Below are positions 30,385 to 47,566 of a stretch of 64,000 bases of DNA, piece by piece. The notes beneath the pieces were generated by a model that had not been told where the DNA came from, did no database searches, and saw only the letters and a list, made by a program, of their open reading frames with translations. Source of the stretch: the human T2T-CHM13v2.0 reference genome, Homo sapiens; assembly GCF_009914755.1 (NCBI RefSeq), contig NC_060942.1; one strand, given 5' to 3'. A program made the position numbers and the translations under genes. Each line of letters opens with the position of its first letter. Position 1 is the first letter of the stretch.

Positions 30385-30802
30385 CCAAGTTTCTTTGACT
30401 CAGTTCTTGGAAATAAACACTGAGATGGAGAATTCCTTGGAGAAGGTTTACTGGAAGATGATTTTTGTGAGATGTATCAATAAGGAAGTAAGAAAGGTAG
30501 TACTGGGAAGTAGGAGAAGCCAACTTGCAAGTGTTTTATGAGATAATCCTGCAGTAGACACTGGGGCTGGGTTGACATTTCAGAGGTTTCCCAAATTAAT
30601 CAAAGGGACAGGTCTGTCACCCCCACATGAACTAGTCATTGGTCACAGGTTACCCGAGAGGAGGCATATTTTAAGGGAGGCACTGATTGATGACTGAGGG
30701 TAACACCTAGTGAGGGGTTCAGTGCTGACTGGTCCACAGCAGATGAGGATGAATGTATCAGCCCAGAAGATGTGGTCTGGAAAGGGTACCCAGTATCCAC
30801 TG
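30385..30802 (-). mobile_element. ERVL LTR (LTR16/LTR33-like)
   Basis: aaacactgagatggag..aggtttactggaag, ccccacatgaactagtcattgg, ends cagtatccactga; adjacent to the ERVL pol remnant. Confidence 0.6.
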
Positions 30803-32544
30803 ATCTTTAGTAAAGGCCATGGGTAAATGGAATATTGAGCAATATTTCAAGAATAGAGAAGAAGACTTTGAGTTATGCTTAGACTATGCTGCTAAAATGT
30901 AACAGGATAGGCCTTAGAGGTGGCAGACTAACAAGGATTCACAGAAACTTGTGCAAGTCTTGAAATTAAGAATTATATATAGTCACAAATCAGTGGATCT
31001 CTTTGTCTCTACAGACATGACTAGCGTTGCTGGAACAGGCATTTGTTTTTATGAGACATTGCCAAGATTCTGAAGTCAAATGTCTCATCATACATTAACA
31101 GGAAAGAGAAAAGGCCTCTTTGTGTGTACCGAGATATTTAGACACTCTTTTTTGAGCTGTAAAACACAGCACAATGTCATACAGCTCAGAAAAATCAGAC
31201 CCAGGGGTGACAGAAGTTTCTAGTGGATTGATTTAGAGTGAAACCTTGCAGAGGCAACTTTGAGTTCACAGAGACCAGAGGGACTCACTGACTTTTCATG
31301 GTTAGTGAAACAAATTTGGGAGGATGAATAGAAGGGGGTCACACTGACTGCCTTAGAGAATAAAGCCAAACAGAGGAGTTGGATCCAGAGTCTTCTGTTG
31401 AAAACTGGAAGCTAGAATGTCAGCTGGATTCAGCTCCCTCTACGTGGCTTCCTGGGAAGCAGGAATATGCAGGTCTCTCATCTCTTATCAGGGAGCTTTC
31501 CAGAACAAGCTCTTGTAGGAAACTTCATCTATTTGTCATTTAAGATGTGAGCACCCTGTTATCTAAAGGAGATATGTAAACTTCTGGGTCCTGGGACCAG
31601 GGATGTACATCAGAAATGGCTGTTCTTGCATTGAATGACTGCACATGTAATCTCCAGGATGTGGGGCAGGAAACTGAGTAAGTCTTACTAGAATGGCTCA
31701 TTAGTCTTGCCCCAAGAAAGTATATGACTTTGCAGAAGACCAAGTCCCTGAAAAGAGGGGCTAAAGAGACAGAGAGACCAGCCAATGACACCTGTTCACC
31801 TCATGGGAACATTCGAGACATAAGGAGTGAATCCTGGTTTGGGGGATACAGAACGGAGGTAACGAACCCAAATTGGAAGTGCTGCCTACTTTCCTAGTTT
31901 CTTCTCATGTCAAAAGGATAGAATTGAGAATGTCCAATCATTCCACAATTCTCCCAGACACACAGAAGCAGAATAAAAGCAGCCCCAGCCTGACAGCACC
32001 AAGGTACGGATGGAGCCCCTGAGGAGAGAGAGCTTCCTCTGCATCTGGGCCTGGTGCCCAGAATGCTTGTTGGTCCTCATCTCGCCTTCCATCGGAAGAA
32101 ATTATATTTTACTGTGGATTTTTCCAAATCTTTATTTCTGTCCAATTTTAATCAATCATCTATTTTCTCTTTTCTGGAACTTTTGTTTGACTTATATGAG
32201 CCTCTTTATCACCACTCCGCCTTACAGCCTTATTATTTTAATCTATTATCTATCTTTAGCACATTTTGTAGAAATTTCACTCTAATTCTTTCACACTCAC
32301 TATCTCTTCACCTCTACTCAGAGTACATCCTGCTTATGCAAAGATTTATTTATATATAAAAATATTTTTTTCTAGGATTACCAGTTTGTGCTTTTCACAT
32401 CTATCTGTTAGGTCTCCACATCTGTTTTCTTTTTTTATAACCTCAAGGATCCTAACCATTCTTAAAGCTGTGTTTAGATCATTTTGCTAAGATTTTTTTT
32501 TTTTTTGAGGGTAAATTACATCAGGGTGATGGCTCTTGCTTCTT

Positions 32545-32866
<322 letters not shown>

Positions 32867-33513
32867 GTCTTTCTTTTTTCTTTTTCTTCTTTTTTTTTTT
32901 TAAATGTACTTTGCAGTCACTTTTTAAATGGGTGTGTGTTTTTTTTTAAATAAGTTTTTTTTTTTTTCTCTCACTCTGCCTGCCTTTATTTTACCTCTCC
33001 GTCCTCCCAAAATCCAAGACCCATGGAGCCAGAAACAGTTATTTTACAGTAGCATGGAGCGCTCATTAAGAAAGACATTTGGATGTTACAAATCACTTGG
33101 CTGAGCCAAAATGGCTTGACATACATCCCGGCCTGAGGAATTGCTGCTTCTCCTTGCTGACTGTCTCAGGTAATTAACTTGATATTAACCAAAGTCCTAG
33201 AAAATAGCACATACCAGGCTTTTTCCAGCTTCTACCCTACACCCTGTCCAAACAGTAATCTAGGCCTTAGTCCCAGTCCTATATTTGACATTTTTATTAC
33301 CCATTGTCCTAAAAGAACTTGAACTCCATAAGTTTTTTAAATGCAATGCAGCAATCAAAACTAAAGTAATAGTCCAGTTTCACTCCAGCTCTGAAATATG
33401 GCAGAAGTTGCCACAATCCACTCAGCTAACTGTTGGCCACCATCCAAAGAGGCCAAAATGCCTATGGAACTGGGCAACGTGGAAGGTCAGGGCTATACCA
33501 GGGCACTAGAGTG

Positions 33514-33802
33514 TTTTTTTTTTTTTTTTAACTTTTATTTTTGGTTTGGAGATACATGTGAAAGTTATAGAGGTAGACTCGTTATCACAGGGTTTCTTGT
33601 ACATATTTCATCGCCCGGGTATTAATCTTAGTACCCAACAGTTACTTGTTCTGCTCTTTCCCATCCTCCCACCCTCCACCCTTAAGTGAACCCCAGTCTC
33701 TGTTGTTCCTTTGTTTTCATGAGTTCTCATCATTAGACTTCCACTTACAAACGAGAACACGCAATATTTGGTTTTCCGATCCTGCGTCAGTTTGCTAAGG
33801 AT
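33514..33802 (-). mobile_element. L1PA13-16-type 3' end
   Basis: polyT, then aacttttatt..gatacatgtg...cctcccaccctccaccc...gagaacacgcaatatttggttttc..gtttgctaaggat. Confidence 0.85.
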
Positions 33803-34402
33803 TCTTTAATCTCATAAGAAGTAGGTGAATACAAAGAAAAAGGCCAACTGAAGGGGTTCATGTTGCCACCTGAGACATCAGCCTGACACTGTCCTTGTTT
33901 AGTGCCAATTTATCTCAGCAGAAAGCAGTGTACTTAGCAAATCATTTTAGGTACACGGTAAGCAGGTAACTTGTCATTTAACACAGCACTCACAACAGTG
34001 CAATGGGGCAGATATTGAAGTCGTTTTTCAGTCTAGAAAATTGAAAATAAATAAGGTTGCAGTTTGAAAGACAACAACTTACAGTTAGAAATATATAGAC
34101 TTGGACTTTAAATCTGGGTCTGATTCCAAAGTTCATGTATTTAAAAACAAGAATAAATGTTAAAAAAATTTTAATTTCAATATAATAATTTTAAACATAC
34201 TAAAAATTAGAGAAATCATATACGAATCCACCGTATACCCAATGGAAAACTTCAACAGTTATCAATACTTGAACTTTTCTTTTATCTATGCCTTTTTGCA
34301 AAGATAGTTTAAAGAAGTTGTTATATCATTTTAATACTGGGTTTGGTATGCCTCTCTGAAAACTATAGACAACTTCATACATAACCATAATGCCATTATC
34401 AC

Positions 34403-34757
34403 AGTTATGGTCTGAACATTTATGGTGTCCTATCCCCAGAAATTTGTATGTTGAAATTCTAACCCACATGATAATGCTATTAGGAAGTGAGGCCTTTGTT
34501 CTCTGATCTCATGAATGGGGTTAATACCCTTATAAAAAAGACCCCAAAGAGACCCTCATTTTATTTACTATGTGAGGTTACAACAAAAACATGGCTAACT
34601 ATGAACCAAGAAGAGGGCCCTCACCAGACGTCAAATCTGTAGGTGCCTTGATCTTGGACTTCCCAGCCTCCAGAACTATGACAAATTTCTGTTGTTTATA
34701 AGCCTTATAAGGCTTATAATTTATAATTTGTTATAGCTGCCTGAAGAGACTGAGACA
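34403..34757 (+). mobile_element. MLT1A0-type LTR
   Basis: gttatggtctgaa...gccttgatcttggacttcccagcctccagaac...gactgagaca. Confidence 0.85.
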
Positions 34758-34999
34758 CATGCCTAACAAAATGACAAATATCTTACCACCTAAAATTCTG
34801 GCCATAATTAAATTTACACAATTATTTTTAAAAATATATTTTAACAGCATGTCTCTGTTCCCTTCTCTCCTTCTCTGTGTGTATATGTGTGTTCACATCT
34901 AGCAGACCTGCCTACCTTATCAACTGTTATTGACTAAGATGTATGAAACTTCCAAGTCCTTATTAAATTTTTGTCCACTGCCCTATCTAGGCCTGTAAA

Positions 35000-37495
<2,496 letters not shown>

Positions 37496-39490
37496 CGATC
37501 ATTTTTTAAACTAACAACTTTGCTGAATTAAACCATAATGCCATTAGTTTAATTAGTTAATAATGCCATAAACTCATTGTATAATCAACCTCAAAGTGGA
37601 ATAAATAAGCAAAACAGAATTTGAAGAATAGACAAGAATCAACAAAAGACCAAACAAGAAGTGAACAGGGTAGAAGCAATTGATCCGGGGAACCGATCTC
37701 AAATATACTGAATATACATGAAAAATGTTTTCTGGAGAATTTGTTGTACATGGGCACAGAATAATTTCTTAGCTTTAGAGGCAATACTGGACAGTAGCCA
37801 AGAGTGACAAAGGTAGCTGGAAATATTGAACTAAAAATAGAAAAGATTCTATTCAGGATCAGAAAGGAGTTTGTGAGACTCAGTGGAGAGATGTTGGAAT
37901 TCTCAGGTGAATGCAGGGAGAGAATTCTCACTCTCGGCCATTCTGAAATCCCTCCTGCTGGATCCCCAAAGAATATGCTCTTATCTTAAAGCAGACATGA
38001 TTGTTGACTGTTTAAAAAGCTAAAAAAAAAAAAAAAATCTCATTTGCTATATTTTTTCTCTTCATCTTCTAATATCTATTATCACAGTTGAATTTAAATT
38101 TCAAAACTGTTTTCTTCCTGCCAGTATGCCTCTTACATTTATTAACAATTATTAATATCAACAAATATATTATTTCTATACTTATTAATAACTACTGGAT
38201 TTGTATTCATATGCCTCTTGTTACCAAAATTGATATTGTCATATTTTCTTCAATATTCTATTTGCTGAGCAAATTTCTGGTAAAACTAGTATAAAATCAT
38301 GTTTAAGCTGAGATTAATTTTATTTTTTTACTCATTTTTTACATTAACATATTTTTAAAATAGTTATTCTCTGCTTTCTGCTCTCATCATTTGTGTTTGT
38401 TTTGTTTTTGCTTGCTAGGTAAAATGATGTTTGTGCAATACAATATTTAATCTAGAAAATAATTTAGCTTTCTGTTTCAACTGATAATTAAGTGATGCTT
38501 TTATTTTCCAAAGAACAAGTAATATCAACTGAAACATAAAAGATATTATCTGATATAATTCAAGAAAACTTTTATGCCAGAAAAAAATATGTTTATCAAA
38601 TGAGAGGAAAACAAAACTGTTCTCAAGGGCATAATAAAACATTTCTAAATGGCAATGGAAGAGTTCAAAGATAAATATCTTAAGATCACATCTTGTGACC
38701 ATGAAATGCATTCCTTGAAATGTTTTAAAACATCTTGTAAGCATAAATTGCATTGTGCTAAGAATACTGTGAGAATAAAGTTAGTAACAACTCCTTCATA
38801 TTATAGATAAGAAAACTAAAACATACAAAGATTCAGAGTCTTGTGTCAAAGTTTTTTATGTCAGAAACAAAAAACTAACTTAAAGGTCTATTTTTTTTAT
38901 AAATGATAAATCCATTAAAAAGTACTTTTGTGAGGATTTAGCCAAACTCCCACAGAGATCAATACATGGATGCTCTTCCCAGCCTCTCTGATATGCGTGT
39001 ACACACACTAAATTGACTAAACTGACAGAATGCAATTTTAGAGTGTTCACAATATTTTAATATTGTTCTAATACTTAGGATCCTCAATTAAAACGTAGTA
39101 CAGAAAAAAAGAAGCCATAGGCTTTTGTCAAAAGAAAGAATTGAAATTTTCAGTCCCATAAAACATACGTCTGATTCCTCAAGATAAATTTTACCAAGTA
39201 AAAATAGTGATTTTTGTTTTTAGCTGATTTTATTGGTTCACTGTTCTTAATTACATCACCAAATCTGCAAATCACTGATAAGACTAGAACTCTTGCCTGT
39301 GGGCATGCAGAAACCAGGTAAAAGGATCTGGGATTTTTGTAGGCACAGAGATGCATAGGTGCCTGGTGAGAATTGTATAGTCATTGAGATGAATATTGCT
39401 GAAATTCAAAGACTCTTTTTTCCTTTTCCTTTTGTTTTTAATGTTATTCCCTTTACAATTCAGCAACACTACCATACACACCCACCCACC

Positions 39491-39492
<2 letters not shown>

Positions 39493-39520
<28 letters not shown>
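39493..39520. repeat. (CA)n microsatellite
   Basis: Direct reading. Confidence 0.95.
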
Positions 39521-39521
<1 letters not shown>

Positions 39522-39892
39522 CCCAGATTTTCTTTCAAAGTAAATCTATCACTAAGACTATAAAATCAATTACTTGCAAAGACTCTTTATGAAGATGGAA
39601 TGTTGTGCTTTAACAACCAATACTAGTAGCCACTTGTCTACAGCCTATTGAAAAATTAGCAAAAACACTTCATTGTCTTCACTTTTACCAATAGTCACAA
39701 ACAAGTAAATTGTTACCTCTAAAAAATAATGCTGCAGAAGCAAGTAAAAAATAGCTTCAACCAATTTAAAATATTATTTGTTACTACATATTATTGGTAG
39801 TACTAAGCACAGAAATTTCTTAGGCTTTATTTCACTAACATAAAAGATTACATGGCCCTTTCTCAGATAGTGATGACAATCATAACCATTGA

Positions 39893-40259
<367 letters not shown>

Positions 40260-40491
40260 TTTTTGCTATAAATTTCCAATGCTAACAAGATGGACATTAC
40301 ACATGAGCTATTTTTTTCACTGTCAAGTCCACGACAGCTATTCTAACCTCTACTTTCTTTCTTTTTTTTGATTTTTCATCTTCCTTCGTAATTATTTCTG
40401 GGCATCATGATGTCTTCCCATCATGAAAATAAACATTCTGAAGACAAGATACACGCCTGATTCATGTTTACATGTAATACCTATGTGGCTA

Positions 40492-40900
<409 letters not shown>

Positions 40901-40954
40901 TCATTTGTATCCCCTGTGTAGATGAGGAGCACAAGAAGCAGAGCGTTAAGTAAG

Positions 40955-42095
40955 ATCACACAGTATTTGTCTTTCTGGGCCTAGCTTATTTCACTTAACA
41001 TATCTATATTGTCACAAATGATAGAATTTTTTTCTTCTTTAAGGCTGAATAATATTCCATTTTGTCTACACACAACATATTATGTATCCATTTATCTGTT
41101 GATGGAAAGTTAGTTTGAATCTTTATCTTGGCTATTGTGAACAGTGCTGCAATGAAAATGAGGGTGCAGATATCTCTTAGACATACTGATTTCATTCCTT
41201 TTAGGTATATATCCAGAAGTGAAATTAATAGATTATGTGGTAGTTTTGTTTATAATTTTTTAAGAAATCTCCATATAGTTTTCTATAATAGCTGTACTGA
41301 TTTGTACACTGAAAACTATTACGCATTGATGAAAGAACAGCATAGCACTGGCATAAAAAAAAAAGACATATAGACCAAGGGAACAGAATAGGAAGCCCGT
41401 AAATAAATCCATGAATGTAGTCAACTGATATTGGACAGAGATACCAAGAACACACAATGGGAAAGAATAGTCTCTTCAGTAAATGCAGTGTTTGGGGAAA
41501 CTGCATGTCCTCATGCAGAAGAATGAAATGAGGCCCTTATCTTAAACTGTATGCAAAATGAACTCAAAATGGATTAAAGACTTAAATGTAAGACTTGAAA
41601 TTGTACAACTACTAAAGGAAATGGGAGAAAGCTCCTTGATATTTGTCTGGGAAAGACTGTTTGCCTATGATCTCAAAGTGGCATACGATGAAAACAAAAA
41701 TAGACAAATGGGATTGCATTAAACTAAAAATGTTCTCCACAGCAAAGGAAATCATCAGTAAAGTGAAGAGACAAACTAAAGAATTTGGGAAAATATTTAC
41801 AAGCCATGCATCTGATATGGGGGTTAATTTCCAAAACATGTAAGGAATTCAAACAGCTCAACAAATAACCTGATTGAAAAAATGGGCAAAGAACCTGAAA
41901 AGTCATTTCTTAAAGAATAAATACAAACGGGCAACGCAGATAGGAAAAGGTGCTGAAAACATCACTAACCATCATGTTCATGCAAATCAAAACCACAATG
42001 AAATGTCATTTTACACATGTAATTGTGGCCATAATTAAAAAGACAAGAGATGACAAGTATAGGCGAGGATGTGGAGAGTAGGGAAGCCTTTTATA
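40955..42095 (-). mobile_element. L1MA-type element with 5' inversion (40955-41310 minus, 41311-42095 plus)
   Basis: Two L1 ORF2/3' segments in opposite orientation that are adjacent in L1 coordinates. Confidence 0.8.
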
Positions 42096-42542
42096 TGTGA
42101 GATTAATGTTATAACTCATGTTTTATTGTGTACATTTTGTATTTTATTTTACAAACTCTTATTTGAATTAAAAATATATTATTCCATTTAAGCTTTTTCT
42201 CTAAATTATTGAATAAAATTGACCTTCAAAAAGATGAGATAATTTCATTCTATGATTTAAAATACTGAAACTCATTACAGTAACAGCATCACCATAACTG
42301 GACTCAGTAAATCATTAAGCCCTCAGGAGTCCTTAGTTGAAATCAGCTGATTAACGAACAGTTCTCTGTAAAACCACCTAGAATGTCAATGAACTGGACC
42401 AAAAAAGTGAAATTCAGCATAGAAAGGAGAACCTAATTTCTAACCCTATGTACATTGCTCCTTCTACCAATATAGCACAGTCAGAAGACAGCAATCCCTC
42501 TTGTGTTGTTCTTTGGTGAATTATGTTAAAAATCCTTTATAT

Positions 42543-42832
42543 GGACTGGGCACAGTGACTCATGCCCATAATTCAGCACTTTGGGAGGCCAAGGTAGGGG
42601 GATCATTTGAGGTCAGGAGTTTGAGATCAACCTGACCAACATGGTCAAACCCTGTGTCTACTAAAAGATAAAAAATCTGGTGATGCATTCCTGTAATCCC
42701 AGCTACTTGTGAGGCTGAGGCACGAGAATCACTTGAACCTGGGAGGAGGAGGTTGCAGTGAGCCAAGGTCACTGACGTCACTGAATTCTAGCCTGGGTGA
42801 CAGAGCGAGACTCTGTCTCAAAATAAAATAAA
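42543..42832 (+). mobile_element. Alu (S/J)
   Basis: Dimer; TSD aaaaatcctttatat/aaaaatcctatatat. Confidence 0.93.
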
Positions 42833-44046
42833 AATCCTATATATGAATATAACATAAAAGAAACATTAAAATATACTTATAAAAGAAATAAATTCCATTA
42901 GTATTTTATAATATTAGATTGAAGACAGGTCTCATTGTTTGTAAAGGACTACATATTACAGAAAGAAAACGTGTTGTAGAAAGAAAATTTTTATGATTGA
43001 TAATCCTATGATATGCCTGGGAGAGTTTAAGGTATATATATTTATTCATTTCATTCTTATATTCATTCCCATTCTATCTTAATTTTACAAATGAGAAAAC
43101 TCAGGAAAGAGATTCTCCATCGTCACATGGTCAAGAAGAGGCAAGAATTAAATGCCTTCAATTGCAGGCATTCGTCCTTCAGGTACTTCATGGCTACTCT
43201 CACCTAGAAATTCTCATAAGACTAATTGTGCCATTCATTTCTCTCTGATTTTAGTTGCTTTTTGCCAATATCTTGAATTATTTGCCTTATTCCCCTTTTT
43301 AATGTGAATCAAGTTTTTCTCAATAGCATTACAATGTTGAATACTGACATCTCTGTCATTCAAGCATCATATTTAATTCAAAAATGACTACAATGTCTAT
43401 TCTCAAATTTAAGATAAAAAATCTAAAGCTGCGTAAGTAGGGTGATTTTCCTTCAAAACTTCAATAAATTCATCCTATTTATCATTGATAATTAAAATAA
43501 TCTTAGACATTTCTGTTGAAAAACAGCATTCGAGCTTCTTATACAGCATGCTGAATAATTTTCTACTGAAAAAACTGAAACACTGCACTTCTGAGTCATT
43601 GACATATTCATAAAACACACACAATGCCTCAAGCAGAACAAAAGTTTCCCACGTCCATATTTGGTGTTCAGGTTCTGTGAACAAGTTCCCGAGGTAATGA
43701 GAGGCTGTAGAATTTGGCTTAGAAATACTTTAGAAACACATGTTCATATTCTGACAATTATTTATATACTTAGTGAATAATTGAAGAGAAAAAGCTAATA
43801 GAAGGCCCAGGAGAACACGGTTATTATAATGCAAGGATTGTTCTTGTTGAAAGCTTTGTTCCTTTAAAATTCTGGTGGCTTTCTCATCTATAGCTATCAG
43901 TCAGCCTAAGACACAAGAAAAAACCCACAACTCACCACGGTTCCCTTCTCTCATATCCTTTGTAGAGTTCATCAGTCATGCACTAAGGTTGATTCTCAAG
44001 AGACATGGGCAAATTTTCTATTCTGGCACCATTACAAATTCTATTA

Positions 44047-44128
44047 TTAGTTTGGTGCAACAGTAATTGTGGTTTTTGCCACTACTTTCAATGCGGGAAA
44101 AACTGCAATAACTATTGCACCAACCTAA
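44047..44128. mobile_element. MADE1 (Hsmar1-derived MITE)
   Basis: ttagtttggtgcaacagtaattgtggtttttgcc...aaaaactgcaataactattgcaccaacctaa; ~80-bp palindrome with TA on the left. Confidence 0.9.
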
Positions 44129-44892
44129 CCAATCCAAACAGCCATACCATACTCAATAATGTTCACCAAACTCTAGGCTACTATTTTATCACATCTTTTC
44201 TGCTTATTTCTCCAATATAGCCTTCTGAACAAGTCAAGAAAATCTTATGCAGCCCATATCTTGTGTTTCTTCAGTGTTTTCAACTCTATCTTCTCATTTG
44301 CTTGAGTTAATCAGTTAATTCAACCCTCCAGACATTACTGAGTAGCTGATACATATCAGGCGCTCTGCTAGGTTTCAGTGAAATAGCTACACAAAAGCAA
44401 GTACCTGTATCTGAATATTCAGACATATAAAGGTGAATATATGCTCTAACTCGTCTCCTTCTTAATTCATTGCCCCTTTTCTTCAGCCACAACCTTCCTC
44501 AGTTGGGGGTGCATAAATGAAAGGCTTCTACAACAAATATGCAGTCTCTTATCTCCATCACCTGCCTGCCAGATCCTCTGCTAGTCTCAAAATATGTTCC
44601 TTCTTTATGCCCTTGAGATGTAGGGGGTTAAGTATCTTAAGATTTGATTGCAGAAGTGCATGGGGCTGTGTTTATTCATAAAGGGAAGTAGAGAGGGAGA
44701 TAAAGAAACCAAAGATGAACTAAACATTCATCACTGATTTCACTGGCAAGTGAAGAAAAAGCCCAGTGACTTCTGAGTTTTTCTAGCTACCAGTTCTGTC
44801 GGGACTCAGCCCCTGCTCTCACACCTACAAGACAATCGATAAACATGGTATTGGTGAAATAATCGTGGGACTGTTTGAAAAATGGCACCACC

Positions 44893-44925
44893 ATTGCTTC
44901 TCAGTGTTTGGGCTGAGATCAAGTG
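44893..44925 (+). pseudogene. 3'-truncated (tailless) U2 snRNA retropseudogene
   Basis: 27/33 identity to U2 nt 1-33 (ATCGCTTCTCGGCCTTTTGGCTAAGATCAAGTG); flanked by direct repeat tgaaaaatggcaccacc/tgaaaaatggcaccatc. Confidence 0.85.
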
Positions 44926-46506
44926 AAAAATGGCACCATCAAGATCAGTGCGTATCACAGAAGCTGCATGTTGGATACCAAGCCTTGACTCTTTGTCTTC
45001 CTCCTGCTGAGTGGCCTCAGCATTCCTGCATGGGCTTCTTCCATCTGGAATTAGGCTGGGAGCCACATGGTCACACTGGGGTTGTGTGGCTCCATCACCC
45101 CTCACTGCTCACAAGCTGCTGGTCTGTGCAGGGAACACAGGCTGGCCTCATGTCTGCCTCCTAGAAAGTTACTTTCTAGACAGCATGGCCCAGAGGCTAC
45201 ATGTAAGATCACATGTTTCAGAAGCCCCAAGTACACTATCACTTACCTCAAATACGCTATCACTAAACCAACAATGAAAAAAATATATCCTGATGAATGA
45301 GAAAATATTAAACACAGACTACTCATTATATTACATTATAATTCACATTTACCTGTTGGCTGTTATGATGATTTTATTTTTAGGTTCTGATATGTTAGAG
45401 CTACATACTCAAGTATTAATGAAATTATATGTTAGGAATATGCTTTAAAATATTCTGGTCAAAAGTAAAAGCAGGGGCTTTAGATGAAACTAGAATGGCA
45501 GAATTCACAATGACCGTAAAAGCTTTCAAGCTGGGTGATGGATACATATGGGTTCAAAATCTTATTCTCCCTATTTTTGTGATATTTGAGTTTTAAAAAG
45601 TAAAAAATAAATGCACTGATCATGCCAAAAACTGCATTATATTGGGACAAAATCTGTACTCAAGGTATGCACCAAATCTATTGGATGAGCAAGGAAAGAG
45701 TGAAGAATTCTTCTTTCAAAGAAAGCCTCATGAAAGAGTAAATGTTTTGCGCTTTTTTCTTCTGAATGTCTTCTCTACTTGCTTTGACACTGTAATTCTG
45801 GGGATTTTTATCATTATTTTAAAACAATGGAGTTTAACTTGCTAGTACTTTACAGCCACACTGATATATGAAATTGATTTATACATGTGATTGTATTCCG
45901 TTTTTGTGTGTGTCTGGGCTCTTTGTACCAAATGTATTCAGTTTTGAAACTCTAGTTTTGTAGAAAAAAAAATCCTTCTCATCTGTATTTGGTCTCTAGA
46001 ACAATTTAAAGAACATATAAATAGCATATTTGATCTTTGAGATTTAGTAGAACTCACCTGCAAGATTATCTAAGTATTCTGCTTTTTTTCTTTTGGTAAC
46101 AGATTCTGATTGTTTTATCTTACATTACTCTATGAATTTATTCCCTATCTTGCTAGGGATACTGTTAACATACAGAAAGTAAATACATTTTTTGTGTGGC
46201 ATCCATCTGAAATGTCATATAAATATATTCATCCAGTAGGCACTAAATAAACAATGCAGTAGTGCCAGTTTTCATTACTCACAGAAACAACTTCGATATA
46301 TGTCCATGTATGTTGCATATCTTTGTAACATGAACTCATTATAGATATTTTTTAAAAGATAGAATGTAGATTAAAAATAAAAGTCTCATACAACCTAACC
46401 TCCTGGAAATAATAACTTTTAATCATTTTACATATGCCCTTTCAATTACATATATTTTAACAAACTTAAAGCTCATGCTGAAATCTGTTAAAAAGTATAT
46501 AGGGAG

Positions 46507-46983
46507 TGTATTGGGCAGAATGGTATCACTGAAAGATAAGAGGTCCTAACCCCTGAAAACTGTAAATGTTACCATATAAGATAAAGCTTTTGCAGATGTG
46601 ATTAAGGATTTTGACATAAAATTATCCTGGATTATGCAGGCTGGCTCAAAATGCTGTGAAATGTATCCTTATAAGACTGAGTCAGAAGAAGAATCATTAC
46701 AGACACACACACACATACACACACAGCAAAGTACAGCCAGAGGCAGAGATTGGAGTGATGTGGTCACAAGCCAAGGAAGCCAAGAAATGCCAACAGCCAC
46801 CAGAAGCTAGAAGAGACCAGGAACGCGATTTTTTTCCTGAGCTTGTCCCTACAGCCTCCAGAATGAGGCCCACAATTTGATTTCAGAATTCTGGCCTCCA
46901 CAACTGTGAGAAACTACATCCCAGTGATTTCAAATCACCAAGGTTGTGTTAATTTGTTACAGTAGCCACAAGGAAAACATACA
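46507..46983 (+). mobile_element. MLT1D-type LTR
   Basis: tttgcagatgtgattaagg, gaggcagagattggagtgatg, ccaccagaagctagaagag, ttctggcctccacaactgtgag, ends ataca. Confidence 0.85.
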
Positions 46984-47203
46984 AAGAGCAATGTCTTACA
47001 GCCTTAAGCATGCCTCAAGTATATGAATAGCTGAGTAGTAGTCCTTCATCTGTTTATACTATATTTCATTTAACCAGCAAATATTTTATTAGGTACTTAA
47101 GCCACTTACAAGTTTTTATTAAAAAAATGCTTAGATGAACAAACTTCACCTGTTCTGTATCTCGTTAACACCAGCTGCACACTAGATTAAGCAGGGGACT
47201 TTA

Positions 47204-47566
<363 letters not shown>

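Noticed and set aside
31000-31900. LTR-like composition
   Set aside because: Probably old LTR fragments, but I could not assign a family or boundaries.
45059-45093. Small hairpin ggagccaca...tgtggctcc
   Set aside because: A 9-bp stem is expected by chance in 64 kb; no RNA family recognised.
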